From assembly GCA_021375695.1 (NCBI GenBank), contig JAEPKX010000002.1, positions 30,794 to 94,793 on the forward strand: a DNA stretch of 64,000 nucleotides. Reading direction: 5' to 3'. Below the pieces are notes generated by a model, which saw only the letters and a program-made list of their open reading frames with translations, was not told where the DNA came from and made no database searches. Both the position numbers and the translations under genes were made by a program. This stretch comes from Candidatus Igneacidithiobacillus taupoensis (GTDB lineage Bacteria; Pseudomonadota; Gammaproteobacteria; Acidithiobacillales; Acidithiobacillaceae). Positions 56,373-64,000 of this stretch are shown here, one piece after another (the first letter of the stretch is position 1; each line of letters starts with the position of its first letter).

Positions 56373-57765
56373 CTGGGTGCGACAGATTCATATGGTGGGT
56401 ATTGGCGGGGCGGGGATGCGCGGCATTGCGGAGGTCCTGCTCAATTTGGGCTATGCCGTTTCGGGTTCGGATCTGCGTCCAAGTGCCGCCACCCTGCGCC
56501 TGGGCGATCTGGGGGCGAGTATTTTCAGTGGTCACGAAGCCGCCAATGTCCGGGGAGCCGATGTGGTGGTGGTTTCTTCTGCGATTGCCGAAGACAATCC
56601 CGAAGTCGTTGCCGCTCGAGAGCAGCGGATACCGGTCATCCGGCGAGCGGAGATGCTGGCCGAGTTGATGCGCTTCAAGCAGGGGATCGCCGTTGCCGGT
56701 ACCCATGGCAAGACCACGACCACGAGTCTGATCGCCAGCATTCTGGGGGCGGCGGGCCTGGATCCCACCTTTGTCATCGGTGGTCGGCTAAAGAGCGCAG
56801 GTACCCATGCTGCCCTGGGCACTGGCGAATATCTGGTGGCCGAGGCCGATGAATCGGATGCCTCCTTCTTGTATCTGTCACCGGTCATGGCTGTGGTCAC
56901 CAACATTGATGCTGACCACATGGATACCTATGACAACAGCATGGCGCAGCTGCAACAGGTGTTTCTGCAGTTTCTGCAGCGCTTGCCTTTTTATGGTCTG
57001 GCCGTGCTCTGCACCGACGAGGAGCGGGTGCGGGATCTGTTGCCAATGCTCAGGACACCCATTGTTGGTTATGGTTTCTCGCCCAGCGCTGATCTACAGG
57101 CACGCAACCTCCGCGCCCATGGCATGGGCAGTGAATTTGAGGTCTGGCGTCGGGTCGATTCGACGACGGTCCACTGGCTGGATCTGCGCCTTAATCTCCC
57201 GGGGCGGCACAATGTTCTCAATGCCCTGGCAGCGGTGGGGATTGCCAGCAAGGTGGGGATCGAAAGCGATGTCATTGCCAAAGCCCTCGCCGAATTCCGG
57301 GGGGTGGCTCGACGTTTTGAGCTGGTTGCAGAGGGGGCGGGCATTACGGTTATTGATGATTATGGCCACCATCCCCGGGAACTGGCCGCAACCCTGGCAG
57401 CGGCTCGCCAGGTCTGGCCGGACCGGCCCATTGTTCTGCTCTTTCAACCCCATCGCTTTAGTCGCACCCGGGACCTCTTTGCCGATTTTGTGGCCGTTTT
57501 GGCTGAGGCCGATCGAAGCATCCTCCTGGATGTCTACGGGGCCGGTGAGCAACCCATAGCTGGGGCAGACAGCGCGCATTTGTACGCTGCGCTCCAAGCC
57601 CAGGGTGCCGATTGTCGGTATCGACCCGAGATTTTGCAGGAGCCTGGGCGGATTCTTGGGGAATTACCCGAACGGGCGGTCCTGCTCTGCATGGGGGCTG
57701 GCAGCATTGCTCATTTGGCCGGTCAGTGGCCCGCGGTGTTTGCTGCAGGAGGTCCCCATGGGTAG
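56365..57765 (+). CDS. murC: UDP-N-acetylmuramate--L-alanine ligase MurC
   Basis: IHMVGIGGAGMRGIAEVL, AVAGTHGKTTTT and DDYGHHP motifs. Confidence 0.96.
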   Translation: MRNWVRQIHMVGIGGAGMRGIAEVLLNLGYAVSGSDLRPSAATLRLGDLGASIFSGHEAANVRGADVVVVSSAIAEDNPEVVAAREQRIPVIRRAEMLAELMRFKQGIAVAGTHGKTTTTSLIASILGAAGLDPTFVIGGRLKSAGTHAALGTGEYLVAEADESDASFLYLSPVMAVVTNIDADHMDTYDNSMAQLQQVFLQFLQRLPFYGLAVLCTDEERVRDLLPMLRTPIVGYGFSPSADLQARNLRAHGMGSEFEVWRRVDSTTVHWLDLRLNLPGRHNVLNALAAVGIASKVGIESDVIAKALAEFRGVARRFELVAEGAGITVIDDYGHHPRELAATLAAARQVWPDRPIVLLFQPHRFSRTRDLFADFVAVLAEADRSILLDVYGAGEQPIAGADSAHLYAALQAQGADCRYRPEILQEPGRILGELPERAVLLCMGAGSIAHLAGQWPAVFAAGGPHG

Positions 57766-58636
57766 TGGACGACTGCGCTTGGGCGAGCCCTTGGGCCGGC
57801 ATACCAGTTGGCGTATCGGTGGCCCGGCAGAGCGTTTTTATCTGGCCGCCGGCGAGGAAGACCTCCGTTATTTTCTTCAGCATTTTGCCCAGGGACCCAT
57901 CACCTGGCTGGGGCTTGGCAGTAACGTGCTGGTTCGCGATGGTGGTATCCGTGGCAGCGTTATTTGTTTGGCCCATGGTCTGGATGCCCTGGTACTGCAA
58001 GCTCCGACCGAGATCCTTGCCGAAGCTGGCGTTTCCGCGGTCAAGCTTGCCCATTTCGCGGCCCACGCCAGTCTTGCGGGCAGCGAATTCCTGGCTGGCA
58101 TCCCGGGGACCCTGGGGGGGTGTTTGGCCATGAATGCCGGTGCCCAGGGGGTGGAGACCTGGGAACTGGTCAATTGGGTAGAGGTCCTGCAGCCAGACGG
58201 TACCAAAGAGCGTCTGGGCAAAGAGCAATTTCAGGTGGGCTATCGCAGTGTCCAGGGGCAGGGCCAAGGGTGTTTTTTGCGCGCCAGTCTGCGCCTTGCA
58301 GCCAGCGATAAGGAGCAAGTCTTTGCCAGGATGCGCCAATGGCAGGCCCGTCGTGCCCAGACCCAGCCCTTGGAATGGCCAAGTTGCGGCTCGGTGTTCC
58401 GAAATCCTCCCGGGGATTTTGCGGCTCGACTGATCGAGGCGGGAGGTCTCAAGGGGAGCCGCAAAGGCGACGCGGAACTGAGCACCAAGCATGCCAATTT
58501 TATTGTCAACCGGGGTGCTGCCAGGGCACGGGATGTGGAGGAGTTGGTCGCGCTGGTGCAGAAAACCGTGGCAGAGCGCTTTGGCGTCCATCTGGAACCG
58601 GAGATGCGGGTATTGGGGGAGGCGGAAGATGGCTGA
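57758..58636 (+). CDS. murB: UDP-N-acetylenolpyruvoylglucosamine reductase MurB
   Basis: Start ATG 57758 (8-nt overlap with murC). LGRHTSWRIGGPAE, LGLGSNVLVRD and GSVFRNP motifs. Confidence 0.94.
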   Translation: MGSGRLRLGEPLGRHTSWRIGGPAERFYLAAGEEDLRYFLQHFAQGPITWLGLGSNVLVRDGGIRGSVICLAHGLDALVLQAPTEILAEAGVSAVKLAHFAAHASLAGSEFLAGIPGTLGGCLAMNAGAQGVETWELVNWVEVLQPDGTKERLGKEQFQVGYRSVQGQGQGCFLRASLRLAASDKEQVFARMRQWQARRAQTQPLEWPSCGSVFRNPPGDFAARLIEAGGLKGSRKGDAELSTKHANFIVNRGAARARDVEELVALVQKTVAERFGVHLEPEMRVLGEAEDG

Positions 58637-59543
58637 GATCGTTGGCGTACTCTATGGCGGACCCTCCATCGAGCGCGAGGTATCCATTCACAGTGCCCAA
58701 GCCGTGCAGGGCGCACTGGAAGCGACCGGTATGACGGTGTGCGGGATTGATGTCGACCCGGGCAACATAGCCGAACAGCTGCGTGACGCAAAAATTACCT
58801 ATGCCTTCAATGTCTGTCACGGCCAGTTTGGGGAAGACGGGCATTTGCAGGCGGTCCTCGACAATCTGGGTATTCCCTACTCTGGCAGCGGCCTGCTGGC
58901 CAGTGCCCTGGCCATGGATAAATGGCGTTGCAAACGGATCTGGCAACGGGCAGGTCTGCCCACTACCCAAGGAATGCTCTTGCGATCGGGGCAGAGCACT
59001 GCTTCTTTGCCGGATATGGGATGGCCCCGATTCGTCAAACCCAATCATGGGGGTTCCAGCCTGGGGGTAGGTCGGGTTGGGAATGAGCAAGAGCTGCAAG
59101 AGGCAATCGCCAGAGCATTTGCCCTGGATGCGGAGGTGTTGGTGGAAGCGGCTGTTGCTGGCCGGGAGTTGACGGTGGCAATCGTTGCCAATGAGGCGTT
59201 GCCCGCCATCATCATCGAACCCCAGGGGGATTTCTATGATTACCATGCCAAATACCTGGCCCAGGATACCCGTTATCTCCTGCCCTCTGGCTTGCCTCGA
59301 GAACGGGAGCGAATGCTTCAGGACCTGGCCTTGCAGGCCTTCCTGGAAATTGGTGGGGAAGGTTGGGGGCGGGTGGATTTCCTACTCGATGCCGAAGAAC
59401 AGCCTTTTCTGTTGGAAGTAAACAGTGTCCCGGGGATGACCAGCCACAGCCTGGTGCCCATGGCGGCAAAGGCCCGGGGGTGGAATTTTGGGGAATTATG
59501 TCTGCGGATCATGGCAGCCAAGGGGGAACAAAAACATGGTTAG
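58629..59543 (+). CDS. ddl: D-alanine--D-alanine ligase
   Basis: Start ATG 58629 (8-nt overlap with the murB 3' end). VLYGGPSIEREVS, GEDGHLQ and EVNSVPGMTSHSL motifs. Confidence 0.95.
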   Translation: MAEIVGVLYGGPSIEREVSIHSAQAVQGALEATGMTVCGIDVDPGNIAEQLRDAKITYAFNVCHGQFGEDGHLQAVLDNLGIPYSGSGLLASALAMDKWRCKRIWQRAGLPTTQGMLLRSGQSTASLPDMGWPRFVKPNHGGSSLGVGRVGNEQELQEAIARAFALDAEVLVEAAVAGRELTVAIVANEALPAIIIEPQGDFYDYHAKYLAQDTRYLLPSGLPRERERMLQDLALQAFLEIGGEGWGRVDFLLDAEEQPFLLEVNSVPGMTSHSLVPMAAKARGWNFGELCLRIMAAKGEQKHG

Positions 59544-60402
59544 TGCCATTCGCGATTTTCGTTCGCTCCAGCGGCCCAAGATCGAGCCCAGGATGCCCCA
59601 GCCCGAGGAAGCCGGCAAAGCCGCCGTACTCCCAGCAAAGAAGCCCATGGCGGGTAGGATTTTCCGTGGAGGAATCCTTCTTTTCCTGGTGATGGGGATG
59701 AGCCTGCTTGCCTGGCAGGCATGGCAGTTTCTCCGAAATCCGCAGTTGATGCCCATTCAGACCCTGCATGTGGAGGGACTTTCCCAACGGATTCCTCTGT
59801 ATCGGGTGAACCGGGCCGTTGCTCCATTTCTTGCGGAAGGATTTTTGTGGGTGAACCTGCAGCAGGTCCAAAAAGCCCTGTTGCAGGTGCCCTGGGTTGC
59901 CAATGTGGAGGTACGCCGGGTCTGGCCTGACCAACTGGAAATTACGTTGACAGCTGTACAACCAGCCGCCCGCTGGCTTGGGGCTCCCAATCAGGTTTTG
60001 GGTACCGATGGCAAGGTGTATTCCGTACCCGTGCAGGAAATACCCCAAGATCTTCCCGCCTTTTTTGGTCCAGCAACAGATGGTTTGCACATGCTAAAGG
60101 AATGGAAGCGGTTCAATGAAATCCTTGCGCCCCTGCAGTTGCAGATCCGCGCACTGCAGGAAGACCCACGGGGGTCCTGGAGCTGCATTCTCACGGACGG
60201 AGTGCGCTTGGTTCTCGGTCGCCAGGATCGGAAGGAGGCGTTGGCGCGATGGGTTGCGGTAGCACCAAAGATTCGCTCCTACCTGCTCCCCGGAGCCAGT
60301 ATGGATTTGCGGTACAACAACGGTTTTGCGGTCGCGCTGCCCAGCGCTACCACCCAAAGTGTCAGTGAGGGGCAAACGTCCCCAAGGAGTGAAAAGAAAT
60401 GA
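59536..60402 (+). CDS. ftsQ: Cell division protein FtsQ
   Basis: Start ATG 59536 (overlaps the ddl stop). Single TM helix plus POTRA-like region. Sits between ddl and ftsA. Confidence 0.88.
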   Translation: MVSAIRDFRSLQRPKIEPRMPQPEEAGKAAVLPAKKPMAGRIFRGGILLFLVMGMSLLAWQAWQFLRNPQLMPIQTLHVEGLSQRIPLYRVNRAVAPFLAEGFLWVNLQQVQKALLQVPWVANVEVRRVWPDQLEITLTAVQPAARWLGAPNQVLGTDGKVYSVPVQEIPQDLPAFFGPATDGLHMLKEWKRFNEILAPLQLQIRALQEDPRGSWSCILTDGVRLVLGRQDRKEALARWVAVAPKIRSYLLPGASMDLRYNNGFAVALPSATTQSVSEGQTSPRSEKK

Positions 60403-61682
60403 AACGTGGTAACCAAGAACTCATTGTCGGACTGGATATCGGGACCTCCAAGGTCGCTTGTATCGTTGCGCAAACCCGTTCTACGGGAGAAGCGGAAATC
60501 ATTGGGGTTGGCCAGCACCCTTCGCGGGGTTTGAAAAAAGGGGTGGTGGTGGATATCGAATCCACTGTCCAGGCCATTACCCGGGCGGTCCAGGAAGCGG
60601 AGCTGATGGCCGGGGTACAGATCCGGGGGGCCGTCGTTGGTATTGCAGGCGGTCATATCCGTGGTTACAACAGCCATGGCATCGTTGCCATTAAAAACAA
60701 AGAAGTAAGCTACGATGACCTAGGAAGGGTCATGGATGCCGCCCGCGCCATTGTTGTTCCCCAGGATCAGACCGTAATTCATGTTCTCCCCCAGGAATTT
60801 ACTATTGATTCACAGGAGGGGGTACGCGAGCCCATTGGCATGTCGGGAGTGCGTTTGGAAGCGCAGGTGCATATTGTCACGGGGGCCATTAGTGCCAGTC
60901 AGAATATTGCCAAGTGCGTGGAACGTTGTGGTTTGCAGGTGCAAGGACTGGTGCTGGAGCAGTTGGCTTCGGCCGACGCGGTCTTGACCAACGATGAAAA
61001 GGAGTTGGGAGTCTGCCTGGTGGACATCGGCGGCGGTACCACCGATATCGCCATCTACCGGGATGGTGCGGTACGGCACACGGCAGTGATCCCCATTGCC
61101 GGAGATCAGATCACCAATGATATCGCCCTGGGACTGCGGACCCCGCCCGCCGAGGCCGAGCAGATCAAGAAGCTCTATGGTTGTGCCCTGGGTGACCTGA
61201 TTGATCAGGATGATGAAATTCCGGTGCCGAGTGTCGGTACCCGACCTCCACGGAGCATTTCCCGACGTGTCCTCAACGACATCATCGAGCCCCGTGTTCG
61301 TGAACTCCTGGAGCTGATCCAGGTAGAGTTGCGGCGGACAGGTTTTGAAGATCTTATCGCGGCGGGCGTGGTCCTCACGGGTGGTACCAGCCGTCTGGAA
61401 GGCATTGCCGAGCTTGCAGAAGAGATCCTTCACCTGCCTGTTCGTACGGGCGAGCCCATGCATTTGGCTGGAATGGAAACGGTTGTTCGGGCCCCTTGGC
61501 ATGCCACGGGGGTGGGGCTAGTGATGTACGGCGTCCACAACCAGTTAGGGGGACAGGCGGAGCCCGTATCCCAGCCAGTGGCGGCAGCCACCAAGACTAT
61601 TCATGAACCAGGCGAGCGCGCGGCGGCCTTTGGCGGTATTTTTGGCCGACTGCGCAATTGGGTGGAAACCAGTTTTGGCTAA
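60399..61682 (+). CDS. ftsA: Cell division protein FtsA
   Basis: LIVGLDIGTSKV and DIGGGTTDIA actin-fold motifs. ATGA overlap with ftsQ. Confidence 0.96.
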   Translation: MKRGNQELIVGLDIGTSKVACIVAQTRSTGEAEIIGVGQHPSRGLKKGVVVDIESTVQAITRAVQEAELMAGVQIRGAVVGIAGGHIRGYNSHGIVAIKNKEVSYDDLGRVMDAARAIVVPQDQTVIHVLPQEFTIDSQEGVREPIGMSGVRLEAQVHIVTGAISASQNIAKCVERCGLQVQGLVLEQLASADAVLTNDEKELGVCLVDIGGGTTDIAIYRDGAVRHTAVIPIAGDQITNDIALGLRTPPAEAEQIKKLYGCALGDLIDQDDEIPVPSVGTRPPRSISRRVLNDIIEPRVRELLELIQVELRRTGFEDLIAAGVVLTGGTSRLEGIAELAEEILHLPVRTGEPMHLAGMETVVRAPWHATGVGLVMYGVHNQLGGQAEPVSQPVAAATKTIHEPGERAAAFGGIFGRLRNWVETSFG

Positions 61683-61729
61683 GACGACTCCGGCAATGAT
61701 CACAGCACTTTCGCAGCGAGGAATGGACC

Positions 61730-62899
61730 ATGTTTGAATTACAGGAAATGCAACAAGAAGGGGCCGTCATCAAGGTAATCGGTGTTGGTGGCGGTGGCGG
61801 AAATGCCATCAACAATATGGCAGCGTCGGGTTTGGCCAATGTGGAGTTCATCTCCGCTAATACCGATGCCCAAGCCCTGCGGAATTCCAAGGCCCAGCAC
61901 ACCATCCAACTGGGGGCAGAGCTCACCCGTGGTTTGGGCGCTGGAGCCAATCCGGAAATCGGGCGCAAGGCTGCCGAGGAATGCCGCGAGGAGATCCGGG
62001 CGGTACTGGAGCACACGGATATGCTCTTTATCACTACGGGCATGGGTGGGGGTACGGGAACCGGGGCGGCGCCAGTAGTCGCATCTATTGCCCAGGATAT
62101 GGGGATCCTGACCGTTGGTGTAGTTACCAAACCCTTTAACTTTGAAGGCAAAAAGCGCCAGCAGTTTGCCTTGAGCGGTATTGATGAATTGGCTCAGCAT
62201 GTGGATTCACTGGTCATCATTCCCAACGAAAAGTTGTTGGCTGTGTTGGGCAAACAGATCAGTCTCAAGGAGGCGTACCTGGCGGCGGACAACGTCCTCC
62301 TGGGAGCGGTGCAAGGGATCTCGGAACTGATTACCCGCCCCGGTCTGATGAACCTCGACTTTGCCGACGTGCGTACGGTAATGTCAGGTATGGGATTGGC
62401 GATGATGGGGACCGCTGCAGCCCGTGGCGAAAGTCGTGCCCGCGAAGCTGCCACCCGTGCCGCCAGCAGTCCACTCCTGGATGATATCAACCTGAGTGGC
62501 GCCCGAGGCATTCTGGTCAACATAACTGCCGGTAACGACCTGTCGCTGGGAGAATTTGAGGAAGTAGGCGAGTTGATCCGCAGCTATGCATCCGATGATG
62601 CCAATGTCAAGGTAGGCACGGTCATCGATGAAAATCTCGATGGCGAGTTACGGGTGACGGTGGTGGCAACGGGATTGCAGCGCGAGCCGGTCCGTCTGGC
62701 GGTGGAAAATAATCGTCTTCGTCCCGAAACCACCATTCCGGCCAATGCCGTGGACTGGCGGCAACTGGATCGGCCAGCGGTGCTCCGGCAGGCCCGGACA
62801 GCTGCCACGGGCACCCATGGTGGAAATGCCAGAACGCGCTCTGCTACGGACTACGATGAGTTGGATATCCCCGCTTTTTTGCGTCGCCAGGCAGACTGA
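61730..62899 (+). CDS. ftsZ: Cell division GTPase FtsZ
   Basis: [28 protein letters not shown] and NLDFADV motifs plus C-terminal [11 protein letters not shown] peptide. Confidence 0.98.
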   Translation: MFELQEMQQEGAVIKVIGVGGGGGNAINNMAASGLANVEFISANTDAQALRNSKAQHTIQLGAELTRGLGAGANPEIGRKAAEECREEIRAVLEHTDMLFITTGMGGGTGTGAAPVVASIAQDMGILTVGVVTKPFNFEGKKRQQFALSGIDELAQHVDSLVIIPNEKLLAVLGKQISLKEAYLAADNVLLGAVQGISELITRPGLMNLDFADVRTVMSGMGLAMMGTAAARGESRAREAATRAASSPLLDDINLSGARGILVNITAGNDLSLGEFEEVGELIRSYASDDANVKVGTVIDENLDGELRVTVVATGLQREPVRLAVENNRLRPETTIPANAVDWRQLDRPAVLRQARTAATGTHGGNARTRSATDYDELDIPAFLRRQAD

Positions 62900-62921
62900 A
62901 TCTACCCCAGCACCAGGCGAT

Positions 62922-62947
62922 GGCCCCGCATTGCCGGGGCCTTTTTT
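62922..62947 (+). terminator. Rho-independent terminator of the dcw operon
   Basis: GGCCCCG-cattgc-CGGGGCC stem followed by TTTTTT. Confidence 0.85.
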
Positions 62948-63098
62948 AGTTCCCATGACCCCGTGGAGAGAGGTCGGCAAGACCGGGACTATTTCCTTTC
63001 CTCTGCTTTGCCGTAGAATGAGAACAGATCTTGTTTTTCTGGTTCTGATTTTTATGGTGCAAGGAAAACCTGCGCCAGCCCTGGAAGAGGTGGTTGCT

Positions 63099-63932
63099 AT
63101 GTTATACCCGGAGTTGTTCAAATCCTTGGAGGCGGCACGCTGGAACATGGAAAAGGACATCCCTTGGGATCAGTTCGACGCCAGCAAGACCAGCGCCGAG
63201 TACCTGCAGACCATCAAGATGAACGCCATTACCGAATGGTCGGCCTTGCCGGCAACGGAAATGTTCCTGCGTGACAATCGGGATGACTCTGATTTTTCTG
63301 CCTTTATGTCCATCTGGTTTTACGAGGAGCAGAAACACGCCCTGGTCCTGATGGAGTATCTCCGTCGTTTTGCCCCGGAATATCTGCCGACCGAAGAGGA
63401 GTTACATGAAGTCCGCTTCGAGTTCGATCCTGCCCCCCCCATGGAGACGCTAATGCTCCATTTTTGCGGCGAAATCCGGCTGACCCACTGGTACAAGGCC
63501 GCTGCCCAATGGCACCAGGAACCGGTGATCAAGTTCATCTACGAAACTCTGTCCAAGGACGAGGCCCGTCATGCTGGTATCTACCTCAAGTACATGCGAC
63601 GTGCGGTGGACCGCCTGGGAGATAGTGCGCGCCTGGCTTTTGCCAAAATTGGCGTGCTCATGGCCAATACCCGAACCGCCAAAGCCCTCCACCCCACCAA
63701 TCTCCATGTCAACAAGGAGATGTTCCCCAAGGATAGCGTCCAAAGCCATCTACCCGATCCTGGCTGGCTGGAGCGCTGGCTGGATACCCAGATTCATTTC
63801 GATGCTGTCTGGGAAGGTAAAGTGATCAACGGAATATTGCGCAATCTTTCCACCTTGCTAGAAACTCCCATAAGTAGCGCCAGGGATTTGAGTCAGTATC
63901 GGAAGCGCATGAGCGCGCTCGTTGCGGGCTAA
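63099..63932 (+). CDS. Ferritin-like diiron protein, soluble acyl-ACP desaturase family-like
   Basis: ORF 62745..63932 trimmed to ATG 63099 (GAAGAGG SD; TAGAAT -10 at 63014..63019); ATG 63054 is an alternative. ITEWSALP, WFYEEQKH, GEIRLT and SKDEARH reproduce the E...EXXH...E...EXXH six-ligand pattern. Confidence 0.7.
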   Translation: MLYPELFKSLEAARWNMEKDIPWDQFDASKTSAEYLQTIKMNAITEWSALPATEMFLRDNRDDSDFSAFMSIWFYEEQKHALVLMEYLRRFAPEYLPTEEELHEVRFEFDPAPPMETLMLHFCGEIRLTHWYKAAAQWHQEPVIKFIYETLSKDEARHAGIYLKYMRRAVDRLGDSARLAFAKIGVLMANTRTAKALHPTNLHVNKEMFPKDSVQSHLPDPGWLERWLDTQIHFDAVWEGKVINGILRNLSTLLETPISSARDLSQYRKRMSALVAG

Positions 63933-64000
63933 TGTAGCCATTTCCCGACATTTTATGTGCCTGGCTTGCTCTACCTCCATGCTTTTCCATGATTTTATTC

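Noticed and set aside
42073-63098. Shared 8-mer TCGGCAAG in both proposed inversion junctions (about 42200 and about 62977).
   Set aside because: The orientation is direct, not inverted. About 0.6 such 8-mer matches are expected by chance between two 200-nt regions, so this is not evidence for a recombination repeat.
1-64000. Looked for CRISPR arrays, tRNA, rRNA or tmRNA genes, IS elements or transposases, integrases, phage genes, toxin-antitoxin pairs and known defence-system genes.
   Set aside because: None was seen. No intergenic region exceeds about 240 nt, and all the larger ones are accounted for by promoters, rnpB or terminators. I cannot exclude small RNAs or peptides under 60 aa without computation.

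Overview
The window is a gene-dense, GC-rich proteobacterial chromosome segment with about 67 protein genes plus RNase P RNA. Nearly every gene start is coupled to the preceding stop (ATGA, TGATG or TTGA overlaps). All calls rest on reading motifs and gene order by eye; no BLAST, HMM or folding search was run.

Content from left to right:
- purE (5' end only), divergent from trmB.
- A Crp/Fnr-type regulator, an ETHE1-type persulfide dioxygenase, an unknown protein with an internal tandem repeat, and an SQR-like flavoprotein.
- A membrane GT2 glycosyltransferase, then pilU-pilT, yggS-proC-yggT and bioB.
- A divergent PagL-like lipid A deacylase and an orphan HlyD adaptor.
- A tetR-argB-nucleotidase operon.
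- An unknown polytopic membrane protein with a Zn-ribbon protein, and a coiled-coil unknown.
- A ferredoxin-type reductase, rnt, an orphan FetB-like permease, bioFHCD, comF and trmL.
- A Pho-box-controlled Pho84-type phosphate/H+ symporter, then ovoA (ovothiol).
- A ~14-kb co-directional block running secA-argJ-mutT/thiE, seven LPS-core genes, a Cys-phosphatase and waaA.
- lpxC, a DUF721 (DciA-like) gene, sspA and an acyl-CoA ligase.
- rnpB followed by the complete dcw cluster (mraZ to ftsZ), then an acyl-ACP-desaturase-like diiron protein.

I found no CRISPR array, tRNA or rRNA gene, transposase, integrase, prophage gene or recognisable defence gene, so this is mostly core genome.

The candidates most worth follow-up are:
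1. A near-identical 18-bp dyad in two divergent promoter regions 3.3 kb apart. It suggests a TetR regulon joining PagL/HlyD to the unknown membrane and Zn-ribbon pair.
2. A CX5R phosphatase embedded between waaC and waaA.
3. An ArnC/ArnD (LgmA/LgmC)-like pair with no ArnT-type transferase nearby.
4. A GT2 gene whose conserved N-terminus lies upstream of any canonical start codon, implying a CTG start.
5. The tandem-repeat unknown inside the sulfide-oxidation operon.
6. The desaturase-like gene sitting where lpxC normally follows ftsZ, consistent with a ~21-kb inversion.
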